A stretch of 64,000 nucleotides of DNA, taken from the NCBI RefSeq assembly GCF_009914755.1, contig NC_060930.1. One strand, 5' to 3'. Below are positions 13,719 to 24,672 of this stretch, one piece after another; within the stretch, counting starts at the first letter, position 1; each line of letters begins with the position of its first letter. The notes beneath the pieces are model-generated. The model was not told where the DNA came from and did no database searches. It saw only the letters and a program-made list of their open reading frames with translations. The position numbers were made by a program, and so were the translations under genes. This DNA comes from the human T2T-CHM13v2.0 reference genome, Homo sapiens.

Positions 13719-13802
13719 GGAGAATACCAGGTTTTGCTGGAACTGTACACTGAAAAACGGTCCACCGTGGCCTGTGCCAATGCTACTATCATGTGCTCCT
13801 GA
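13719..13802 (+). CDS. LY86: LY86 (MD-1) terminal coding exon (exon 5), coding part
   Basis: Acceptor ccccttgcag|GGA. Translates GEYQVLLELYTEKRSTVACANATIMCS-TGA, the MD-1 C-terminus including the NAT N-glycosylation sequon. In frame with the 8797-8849 exon. Confidence 0.97.
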   Translation, partial: GEYQVLLELYTEKRSTVACANATIMCS

Positions 13803-14157
13803 CTGTGGCCTGTAGCAAAAATCACAGCCAGCTGCATCTCGTGGGACCTCCAAGCTCCTCTGACTGAACCTACTGTGGGAGGAGAAGCAGCTGATGACAG
13901 AGAGAGGCTCTACAAAGAAGCGCCCCCAAAGAGTGCAGCTGCTAATTTTAGTCCCAGGACCAGACATCCCCAGACTCCACAGATGTAATGAAGTCCCCGA
14001 ATGTATCTGTTTCTAAGGAGCCTCTTGGCAGTCCTTAAGCAGTCTTGAGGGTCCATCCTTTTTCTCTAATTGGTCGCCTCCCACCAGACTCACCTGCTTT
14101 TCAACTTTTTAGGAGTGCTTCCTCACAGTTACCAAGAATAAAGAAAGCTGGCCACCA
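13803..14157 (+). other. LY86: LY86 3'UTR (cleavage site approximate)
   Basis: Lies between the TGA (13800-13802) and CA dinucleotides ~11-15 nt after AATAAA, followed by a GU-rich element. Confidence 0.85.
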
Positions 14158-14178
14158 TTGTTCATTGTGGTTTGTTCA
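14137..14178 (+). terminator. LY86 polyadenylation signal AATAAA (14137-14142) plus downstream GU/U-rich element
   Basis: Sequence accaagAATAAAgaaagctggccaccaTTGTTCATTGTGGTTTGTTC has canonical hexamer-CA-GU-rich spacing. Confidence 0.88.
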
Positions 14179-16480
14179 AAGAATCTTACTACAATGCTGT
14201 AGTTAAAAAGTCATTTCCTCCAGATACAGTGCCGGATGCTGGTGCAGCATAAGCAGTTCCAAGAAATTCAGGAGGGTGACAGCCTGGCTAAAATTAGAAC
14301 ACTGGGAAAATGTGCCATTGCTTCTCCTGGGCAGGCCCCCACCCTTGGACCATGAGGGCCGAGAAGCTGATGCAACCTCACGAATAGGGACATCATACTC
14401 TCGCTTATCCAAACATTCATTTCACCTTCATCCCTCAAAGCATGATTACACTTGACCTCAGCATATGCTGGCGTTCATTACTGCATTCATTAATGAATGC
14501 AAGGAATAACTCCTGAACACTTAATGTGTATCAGGTGCTGTGTTCTTAAGTTGTCTTCTACGATGCTCTCCGTAAATGAGCATGTTGCCCATGCTACTTC
14601 CAGAGCCATTTCTGCGGCCCCGTCTTCTCTCCTGGGATGCACTGATCGCATGGTGGGCTGCATAGCCCCTTCACCATCCGACGCCCCTGTCCTTCCAGTG
14701 TCCCTGCTGGCCCTCTTGCTCCTGCTAAGGGGCTGGAGTAAGGTGGGTGAGTTGACACTATCATTCATAAAAATGCCACTATATTAGAGATTAAAAGAGA
14801 AAAAAATTCCATAGTTTAAAAAACAGTAGTTGCTATTAATCACTGTTTATACATCAGTAAACCACCTAGAATAGCAGGTCAAAAATGCCTGTCAAACTTT
14901 AAAACCAGCATCTGAGGTTTTCTGGGTTATGAGCAGGCAAAATTGCAGCAGCGTCCTTGCCTAGGCCCATAATGCTCGAGGGAAAAGACGTGCGTGGTCA
15001 TACTAGGCTCAGGAGCAAACCTCTGAACGTACATGGGGGTGACGGTGTTACGCACAAGAATAGCAAATGATTCCTGCCCCTGGCCATTCCCTCTAGCTTG
15101 AGACATTCACCTCTCTCCCTTTTCAGTAACCATCACCACAAGTAGTAAAGTCCCTGGCTAGACTCTGTGTACGCACATGTTCTAACAGTACAAGACAGCT
15201 GTCACAGCCTTCCAAAGACACAGGTGGAACTCAGCCAGTCCCTTCCCAATCCCTTTGCCCTCTTCTTTAAATTGACTGTGTGGGTGCGTGTGCGTGAGAG
15301 AGAGAGGGAGGGAGAGAGAAAGTTTCAGATGCTATAGGTTTGTGTTAAACTGGAATTTCCATATATGGAGACTATCCTAGTCATAGCTGAATATACAAGT
15401 ACACAGCCGTTTCACTAAGGACATGATTCGAGAGAAAAAAAAATGTTTCTTTGTCCCAGAATATGTCTTTTCTTAGTGTCCTGTCATGGGCCTTAAATTT
15501 CACCATTAGTTTTATTCCAGCAAGTTGAAAACATATTTCAATGTTCAGGAGTCTCCTCTTGGAATACGAACAGCCCTGCTAGGAGAAACGCTAGAGTCTG
15601 TCATTATTTAACACTCTGGCAGGATGTAGTAACTAAGATGACTTTGAAAGGGCCAGCCCAGGAAGCAGGGTTGTCAGGGGAGGTGGGTGACCCCAAGCCG
15701 AGCCCTCTCAGGCTAGCCATTGTGTGGTTACTGGCTGGGGTGGGGTCAAAGTGCCCAGACAATCTATCAAACTAAATTGACTTCTCCTGTAAAGAGAATT
15801 GCTACTGTTTCAAAAATCACTATCAACAACTCCAAAAATGTGTCCTCAATAAACTCTTCTGAAGAAAAAAAAAAAAAAAACAGCTTGGTTCAGGATGATG
15901 CAGTGCTGCCACAATTAAGGAATTATTATGAAAATCAGCCAGCTTCAGACATTGGAGTGCCCACCAGCCCTTCTTTATATTTTGAGGGCAATTTCCATCG
16001 TTACGTATAGAACGTTTTAAAAAATATTTTTGAGGAACATTCCAGTGCCCAAGGGAAGCTTTGTCAGGCTAGAGTCTAGGCAGAATGCTGATAAAGCCCC
16101 TCAGGACAGTGTGATCGCATCTCTTAGAACGTTTTGGCTATGAGGAACAGAGAACTCAATTGAATCTGGCTTATGCATAGGGGACTAGGTTGTCTCCCAT
16201 GACTACTGAGTCCCAGGGTGGTTTAGGTGTCAGCCAGCGTTTGCTGCTGAGGTTCATTCATCATCGGCTCTTCACCTCCATTTCTCCACAGTTCTTCCAC
16301 CTCGGGTCTCCTGGAATATTGCCTTTACCCTCAGACAGTCTGTCCCACAATAGCAAATCATTTCAGTAGCTGGAGACCTCACATCCACACTGTCCACAGT
16401 ACAGAAGGCAAAAGAGACCTTTATCCCAAAACCCTGTTACTCATTCTGATTAGAATGGCTTGGGTCACATGACCTCTCCT

Positions 16481-17084
16481 TGTAACCACAGCAGACCAAT
16501 CTGGCTCAACTCTTATATGATAAAGTTGTGAGTTGTTTTTCGGTTGCCGTGGACTCCAGGTTGAAGGTTATGTAACCCGAGCATGCCCAGATGAACCAAG
16601 TATGCGACCACAGGGGGACCTCAGTGCAAGACTGAGGAGTGGGAACTTAATTAAGAAGTGAACACGGCATGTCAGGATCCAGGATCCAATCATATCAGTT
16701 TCCAGCATCACCCCATGACGGGATCCAATCAGATCATGCCTCCCAGCATCACCTCATTGCAAGATCCAATCAGATCATGCCTCCCAGCATCACCTCATTG
16801 CAAGATCCAATCAGATCATGCCTCCCAGCATCACCTCATTGCAAGATCCAATCAGATTATGCCTCCCAGCATCACCTCATTGCAAAATCCAATCAGATCA
16901 TGCCTCATGACCCCATGCTTATAAAACCTGTCCTAAACTCCAACTTGCAGAGACAGGTTGGAGTGTTTCCTCCTGTCTCCTTGCTGGTAGACTTGCAGTA
17001 AACCTTTTCTTTTCTTAAAAGCCAGTGCAGTGGGATTGGCCACAATGCACATTAGGCAGTGAGCCCATTGCTGGCTCAGTAACA
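16481..17084 (+). mobile_element. Solo ERV LTR (LTR47-like) with internal tandem amplification
   Basis: TGTAACC...GTAACA termini, TCCT on both flanks, TATAAAA at 16920-16926 and a degenerate poly(A) signal (AGTAAA) near 16997. Confidence 0.85.
16683..16908 (+). repeat. 41-bp tandem repeat GATCCAATCAGATCATGCCTCCCAGCATCACCTCATTGCAA (4 near-perfect copies, 1 diverged, 1 partial)
   Basis: Copies start at 16683 (diverged), 16722, 16763, 16804, 16845 and 16886 (partial). Confidence 0.97.
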
Positions 17085-17294
17085 TCCTGACCAATCACTT
17101 TGACCCTACCCTGATTGGCTTAGCCTATGTCACATGCCCCACCCCTAGACCTGGATCAGAGTTATTCCCACTGGAACCACACATATCCTTAAGTGGAAAC
17201 TGGGGAAGTTGCCAAGGGGTAAAGGGAGAGGAAGGGCATGTTTCAAACTAGGCCAAAGGACATGTCCAGATCATGTCTCGAATTAGGCCAGTTT

Positions 17295-17491
17295 TAAGTT
17301 CTAATTCTCTCCTAGCTGTTCACTGGGCAAGTGACTTTTATTGTCTAAGCCCCAGTTTCCTCATCTGTAGGTGCTGACCATAATAATAGTACCTATCTTG
17401 TAGAGACAGTGTGAGAATTAATGAGAAAATGCATGTAAAATGCTGAGAATAGGGCCTGGCACGTCACTCAATAAAAATAAGTCATTATTAT
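17295..17491 (+). mobile_element. MIR SINE
   Basis: gggcaagtgactt...cagtttcctcatctgta...ataatagtacctatct...cctggcacgtcactcaataaa. Confidence 0.85.
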
Positions 17492-17809
17492 GTTAAGGTG
17501 GGTGTTCACTTGCAGTGCTAAAGCCTCTTTTCCTAATTTACCTCTCCCATCCTCCTACATCATCAGAGCAAACAATCCTAGAAGCCCAGCCCTCACCCAT
17601 AAGCCCACATTCCCTTCTGGGTCCTGAGATGGTCCCTTGGCATCTTGATTTCTTCTAAGTGTAGCTAGTTTTATTAGACCTGGCATGGGGGCATGTTCCC
17701 TGGGCCATGAACTCTGAAAAGAATTTAAGGAAAACATTTGGATACACCTTTCTGGCCCCCAAACAGAAACAATATAACCAGGCCAAAAGGGCCTATGAAA
17801 GAAAATGTG

Positions 17810-18113
17810 GGCCAGGTGTGGTGGTTCACTCCTGTAATCCCAGCACTTTGGGAGGCCGAGGTGGGCGGATCACTTGAGGTCAGGAGTTCGAGACCAGCCT
17901 GGCCAACGTGGTAAAACCCCGTCTCTACTAAAAATACAAAAATCAGCCTGGCGTGGTGGCACATGCCTGTAATCCCAGCTACTCAGGGGGCTGAGGCAGG
18001 GGAATCACTTGAACCCGGGAGGCAGGCAGAGGTTGCAGTGAGCGGAGATCATGCCATTGCACTCCAGCCTGGGTGACAGAGCAAGACTCTGTCTCAAAAA
18101 AAAAAAAAAAAAA
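17810..18113 (+). mobile_element. AluSx/Sz
   Basis: Full dimer, A tail and AAAGAAAAT flanks. Confidence 0.95.
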
Positions 18114-18248
18114 AGAAAATACGTGTATTTTTTTAATTAAACTTGTTTCCTGCACACAAAGACACACACCCAATGCCTGCATAACTAAATGTGACATCTG
18201 CAAATGTAACAATTACGTCTGCCTTCAGGAAAGATAACCCAAAATAGC

Positions 18249-18347
18249 TAGCACGAGAACAGAAAGGGCCACATCCTGATTACAACCCAGACTCCTTAGC
18301 GAGAGAACAGAAAGGGCCACATCCTGATTATAACCCAGACTCGTTAG
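18249..18347. repeat. 48-bp tandem duplication
   Basis: GAGAACAGAAAGGGCCACATCCTGATTA(C/T)AACCCAGACTC(C/G)TTAG at 18255 and 18303. Confidence 0.95.
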
Positions 18348-18974
18348 AATGGGGGAGTTTATTACCTCAACAGTTCAACTGCAGGTTTGAATTGGCCGTA
18401 TTTTTCTCAATCAGCAAAACAAGTTAGTCTACCTAATTTTCCAATCATTTTATCAGGCAAGCAGGGGTCCTATAGGGCTTATAAAAGAGTTATTTTCATC
18501 TAGTTTGTAAATGTCTTCAGTTACTTAGTGTGGAACGGAAGCCTTCAGCTGCATTCAAATGCTCTGGCCTGAAATATTCTTCTGCCCTTGCGCCCAGCTT
18601 TCTTTTCACATGTGACACAAAACCACCTCCTTTCCTCCAGTGGTTTGGTCTCCTCACTTCTGTGGAAAAGGGTATGTATCAATGTTCCTTTAGCCAAAAA
18701 CAATGATACCTTCTGCCAGCTGGTATTTTTCTGGATTTCCCTGAAACCCACCCAAGGGTGGAAAAACAGAAAATATCCCTGCCACCGAAGACTTTATCAT
18801 ATCATTTCTTTCCTTTTCTTCACTCAGAAGTGGTAGAAGAAAATTCAAGAAAGAGCCAGAGAACATCATTGACATAATCAAGGGGATGCAATAAGGTTTC
18901 CACATAAACTACAAAGATTAATATATGTGAGTGCAGAAAGATAACATCTGAGAAGGCAGAACAACCACCATGAT

Positions 18975-19230
18975 AATAATAATTGTGTAAAAGCTAACAA
19001 CGATTTGTGCAGGCTCTCTGCGCCAGCATTGTGCTCGGCCTGCATCTCAATACTTCATCTCCAGAACAGCCTGTGGGTGCGTAACACAATGGTCCACGTG
19101 ATAGAAGAGGAAGTCTGGGTTTAGAGAAATTGAGGAACTGGCCTAAGGTTCCCCAGGCTTGTGAGCTCCATCAGTGAGCCAGGATTCAATTCTGTCTCAC
19201 TCCAAATCCAGGGTCTTTCTACCTAATGTT
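18975..19230 (-). mobile_element. MIR SINE
   Basis: agaagaggaagtctgggtttagagaaattgaggaactggcctaagg...gccaggattcaa...ctccaaatcc. Confidence 0.7.
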
Positions 19231-20586
19231 GCTTGGCTGTTTGGAAAGACACCATATAATAAAGAAACACTTCATGGTTTTAGTTGCAGGCTTGCAGAAT
19301 GTGTTAACTCAAGCAGCAAATGAGCTAAAAACAAAGGTAGGCTAATGACAGTTACATTAACTCAATGATGACAGCACAGAACAAAAAGGGATCATGAATA
19401 CTAGTCAGTTTCATGATTTGTTCATGCTCTTCCACAAAAGCTTTTGGTCACTCACTGTCAAACCCACCTGGGTGAATGTGCCATAAGCATAGTCTGGCTT
19501 TTTCACTGTTTTCTTCTTTCCCTTCATAAATCTTTAGTCAGCACCTACGGTTTGCTGAGCATTGTATTAAGCACAATACATCAAATATAAAAAATAAATA
19601 ATATATAGTATAATCCCAATTCAAACTCAGCTTATCTTTTAGGAAAAGGGAAGAAGAAGAGTACCAAAAATCTCCTGTGATGGAGAAACCATGGTAAGCA
19701 GCACAAGACAAGAACAAAGCACTGTGGGGGGCTTTGAGGCGGGGAGGACACGTGGCTTGGCTTCACGGTAGAAGGAGGGAACATGCTGGCCCTTGAAGGT
19801 TGGCTGGGACACTGGAGGTCCTGGTGCCTACATGTTGTGGACAAGCTCCTGGGGGCGGAGGCAGAGTGGGAAGAATGGCCTGGGGTCCCAGCTCTCTCCC
19901 TAGCCCCTTGGTTTTGTGGCAGAGCCTCCTGCAGAGAGAAGCAACAGCTAGGAGCTAACTTTATAAGGGATTTGGAGAAATACCAGGGCACCTGCAGCAT
20001 TTCATGGGGTCCCGGTGGCAAGGTGGCATAAGGGCAGGAGGGTAGGGCACAGCATAGCTTGTTCCATGACCCTGAGGGGACCCAGAACACAGAGGACGGA
20101 AGGCCAGCAAGGCATAGACCCAGGCCCCTTGCCACCCCGGTGCACACCAGAGCAGAGAGACTCTGTCTTCATGTACCTGAAGCGGCTTGGACAGCAGCCC
20201 CAGGAAGAGGGAGCTAAAGGGTGAAACGGGAAAGAACTGTTCTTGAGCTGACATGAGGCTTCCAGAAATAAGCAGGGTAGGGAGTGAGGAGAAACTGAAG
20301 ATTCTGTAACATGCATGTAGGGTTGTAAGTCAGTGATTTTTAATTATGTTATTATTGCTGAAATGTCTTCATATGAACCCACAGACTGTTGACACAGAAG
20401 AAATTCCTATTTCCCTGGTGAACAGGTTTTCCCTCCCTTGAAGCCACCCCAGAATGGGGATCCCATTTCCTTACCAAGCACCCCACCCCAGCTCCTTCTG
20501 TTCCCCCCACTGCCGTCTGGAAGGCCACGCGCACTATTGTAACACCTGCACTATTCCTATACTGTTGTTTTCCCCTCTGCTCTCAG

Positions 20587-20655
20587 ACAGACAGGCTGCA
20601 TTGCTCGCGATCCTCCAGACAACAGACAGGCTGCATTGCTCGCGATCCTCCAGAC
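20587..20655. repeat. Perfect 35-bp-period tandem duplication
   Basis: ACAGACAGGCTGCATTGCTCGCGATCCTCCAGAC at 20587-20620 and 20622-20655. Confidence 0.97.
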
Positions 20656-21859
20656 GATAAGTGTAAGAACCTGTTGTCTGTTCATATTCTGGACTGGAGC
20701 ACACCCCCGAACCCCCACAGTACATCCATTGACCTCATTCCCAAAGCAAACTGGGGAGGGGGGGAGACTAAAGGAGAAGAAGCTGGAAGCTCAAAGTAAT
20801 GTACAAAGTATTCAGTGTTTAAATATACGACAAAATAGAATTTGTAGAGGATTGTCCTAGCAACCCAGACGAAACATATAACTAACATTTATTAGCCAGT
20901 TACTTAGAGCTTTATTGCATCCCTAACTTTCTGGCTCCATAAAAACCACATATGGTCTTGACTTCAGGTGCATAAGCTGAAAGCCATAGAGTACGAGTGC
21001 AGGCTAGCAAGTTAACTGGGTGGTGGTAATTTAGCTAATGCCGTGGGAGTACACATGAGGGTTGCCAGAGAACCAGGCTCTAATTGTGTAACAGGGACTC
21101 GTTGGCAGACTTCCAACTGGTAGAATGGCCTTTGTTTCAAAAGAAACAAATGCTGCCTCATGCAGCCAGACCCAAAGACCATGCTTGGAATTACCTCTTG
21201 CACAGATGGCACCTTGTATGAATTAGAAAAAGGTGCCCTTTCTGGGTGGAACCTGAGTCAGTGGCAGATGACTGAGCAAGCAGATGGTATGTTTGTGCAA
21301 AACAAAGAGGTATCCCAAGACACGCAGCCTGGGCAAGGGAGCATATGCTGGATTTCAGTCCCCACTCTCCCCTTGGTCAGGGGTCCTTGTGCAGTCCACA
21401 AGCTACACAACTTTACCCAGCAGCAAGGGCTTTGGAATCTTTTCTTGCCATGTGGCACATGTTGATGAAAGAGGGCTAAGTATTCTGCCTTAAGAAGACA
21501 TCAGTCTTTCCTGTGGATAGATGTTCCCTGATCTCATCAGGACCCCACCCTACTCAACCTCGACTTGTCACTACCAACCATCCCCCAGCCTTAATCAGGA
21601 AACATCTCAGCTAAAAGCAATTCTGGAGGCAGAACTGCTAAGTGAAACAAACACATTGGCTTCCCTTCTAATCTTGCTTATTCCTGTCATTTTTTATATA
21701 TACTTGGAACTGTCCTTGTTCAATTATAACAACAAAAAGTCATTAACGCCCTTGCACCATAACAGGCGTGTTCTTTTCCAAATAAAACGACTACTCCATC
21801 ATTTTGGGATATCACTCCCTCGAAGCAGCTGTGCTTCTCTGATGCCCACGCTAATTTAA

Positions 21860-22063
21860 GGGCCCCTCTTTGAAGCCCCTGAAGCACCCTGGCCTTGCCT
21901 TGCCCATGGCAAGACACCAACCACACTCCGCTATCATTGCTTGTTGATGTGTCTGTGTCCCTAACTAGGACATGAGCCACCTGAGAGCAGAAACGGGATC
22001 TGTTCACCTCTGAACCTCTGAACAAATCCCCAGTACTTGGTTTAAAATATTAGTTGAATGAAT
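21860..22063 (+). mobile_element. L2 3' fragment
   Basis: ctaggacatgagccacctgagagcagaaac...aaatattagttgaatgaatg. Confidence 0.6.
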
Positions 22064-22098
22064 GGCCTAAGGAAGAACAAGAACATTGGATTGTGTGC

Positions 22099-22570
22099 TG
22101 TATTAATTTCCCAGAGCTGCTGCAATAAAGTACCACAAAAGGTGTAGCTTTAAACAACAGAAATGTATTGTCTCATCGCTCTGGAGGCCAGAAGTCTGAC
22201 ATCAAGGTGCTGGGTGAGCCATGCTCCCTCTGAAGCTTCGAGGGAAGGGCCTGCTCCTGCCTCTCTCCTGCTTCTGGGAGCCCCGGGCACTCCTTGGTTT
22301 GTGGATGCATTTCTCCAATCCTTCACTTCTCATCGCCTTCTTGCTGTGTGTCTTTGCTTTATCTTCCTTATGTGCCTGTCGGTTTCGGTGTCCAAATTTC
22401 CCCTTTTAGCAAGGACATCAGTCACACTGGATTTGGACCCACCCTCATGGCTTCATTTTAATTTAATGACCCCTTAAAGACCCTATTTCCAAATACAGTC
22501 ACATTCTAAGGCACTAGGACTTAAGACATCAACATACCTTTTGGAGGGGCACACAACTCAAGCCGTAACA
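22099..22570 (-). mobile_element. MLT1C-like MaLR solo LTR
   Basis: TGTATTAATTTCC...aaacaacagaaatgtattgtctca..ctggaggccagaagtc...ccctatttccaaatacagtcacattct...GTAACA; ~470 bp. Confidence 0.88.
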
Positions 22571-23544
22571 TTCTGGCCAAGATTGGGTAATTTTACTAAA
22601 TCTTCATGGCAGTCCCACAAAGTCGGTACTGTAATCTTCATTATTTGTAATATTAGGAAGCTGAAACTCAACAAAAGATTACAGGGTATTCATTGGTGAA
22701 GCCGGGTTTAGTACCCATGTAGGTGACTTCAACACTAGACAACCAGACCATCGTGGTGGAGACCAGCTGGGGCTTGAGTACAGATGGACCTCAGTTCAAG
22801 TCCTTCCTCTGCCACCTACAGACCATGAGACATCTGTTTCCTCGTCTGTTAAACAGAAATGATGACAAGACAATGGCCATATCATGTGCAGCACAGAGAT
22901 TGACAAACATTGGCTCATATCATATCATGATATGGCTCTAACTAGGTCTTCCCAAGGAGTGGCCCTGGAGACAGTAGCGGAATTCAGTTAGAAATGAGGC
23001 CGCAGCCTCCAGCTTATCTCCGTGGAGGGTGAGACGTACAGAGCCCACCTGTCCTTTTGTGCATGTGGGGGCCATCTCTTTCCTTTCCCGCCCTCCCTCC
23101 TCCAGCGCTCTGTGCTCAGATATCATATTGTCAGAAGAGCAGGAATGGCAGGAGCAGCTGCCCCGCCCAGACCCCTCCCTGCTGCCGTAGCATTCCACAC
23201 ACTCTCTATACCTGCCCCTTTCTCTTCTTAGTCCCTATTGTCACTGTTTCATAACCACAAGTAACAATGGGGTGACCTTCATGCAACCACAAATTACAGA
23301 AAACCTTTAGAAGTCCTTTCAGTCAAAGGATACCTTAAGTAGGAGAACTGACCACCGAGACCTCTAAAATTCCCAAGAAAGAAAAACCCATACTTTCTTC
23401 GGTGGTATCTTTAGTAATAGCAATCGTACAGTCCTAAAATTGCATGTAACCCACGTCCTTATGCCTTTTTCTTTTCTTTCTTTTCCTGCTTTTCTTAAAG
23501 TGGTATAAACCTGAGGGCATGTTGCCGTGAAAACCAGAGAGGGG

Positions 23545-23715
23545 CTGAGTCTCAGCTCCATCATGTCCTGGCTGTGTGACCTTAGGCAAAGCTACTTAAT
23601 TTTTTTATGTGTCAGCTTCCTCATCTGTAAAATGGGCTAGTAATTTCTGCCTCCCAGATTGTTGTGTGGAATATGTAACGTGCCAAGCTTGGTAAGGACT
23701 CAGTGGATATTATTC
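23545..23715 (+). mobile_element. MIR SINE
   Basis: ggctgtgtgaccttaggcaaagctacttaa...cttcctcatctgtaaaatggg. Confidence 0.8.
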
Positions 23716-23861
23716 CCTCTTCCTTCCCTGAAGTCATTTTTAACTGCATGCATTAAAACAAGCACATATTTACATACAACATTAGAACAACTGTAAATAT
23801 AGTCAAGAAGAAAATGTGGACTCTAAATTCACGGATGCAACTTGTATCTTAAAAAAATAGA

Positions 23862-23992
23862 TCAGCTTGGGAAGATGAAAAAGTTCTGGAGATAGTGGTG
23901 ATGGTTACACAATGTGAACGTGCCTAATGCCAGAGAACACTAAGAAATGCTTAAAAAGGGTAAATTTATGTTCTACATATTTTACCAAAATG
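23862..23992 (+). mobile_element. L1MB-class 3'-terminal fragment
   Basis: gggaagatgaaaaagttctggagatagtggtgatggttacacaatgtgaa...gtaaatttatgtt..atattttacc. Confidence 0.7.
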
Positions 23993-24174
23993 TAAAGTAC
24001 TGAAAATTGAAATATTTAAATTAAAATTGCTTTAACTGAAGAAAAAAAAAACAGTTCATTCTGAGCTTATTTTCCTTACTGGGCAAGGAAAAGAAAATGG
24101 ATCCATGAATAATTAATACTTGAAGCCCTTCCCTATAATTTAATATTTTTTACAAAGCATTCACTATTGTATAA

Positions 24175-24602
<428 letters not shown>

Positions 24603-24605
24603 TAA

Positions 24606-24672
24606 AATTGTACACTTAAAATGGTTAAGATGGTAAATTTTATGTTATGTGTATTTTACCACATTTTAAAAA
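24606..24672 (+). mobile_element. L1MB-class extreme 3' tip
   Basis: tgtacacttaaaatggttaagatggtaaattttatgttatgtgtattttaccac. Confidence 0.7.

Larger units (their letters stand above)
16120..17230 (-). mobile_element. Old MaLR LTR (MLT1J/K-like), split by the LTR at 16481-17084
   Basis: ctcattctgattagaatggcttgggtcacatg precedes the insert and gaccaatcact...ctgattggcttagcctatgtcacatgcccc follows it; these are contiguous MLT1K-type motifs. Confidence 0.6.

Noticed and set aside
14699-14746. Cryptic 48-nt exon (ccttccag|...|gtgagt) downstream of LY86
   Set aside because: It lies beyond a canonical poly(A) site. Spliced to exon 4 it would read CPCWPSCSC* and lose the MD-1 C-terminus. There is no transcript evidence in the sequence.
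16683-16908. CRISPR-like array
   Set aside because: The units are head-to-tail with no unique spacers, the context is a eukaryotic LTR and there are no cas genes. The same applies to 46206-46525 and 55196-55589.
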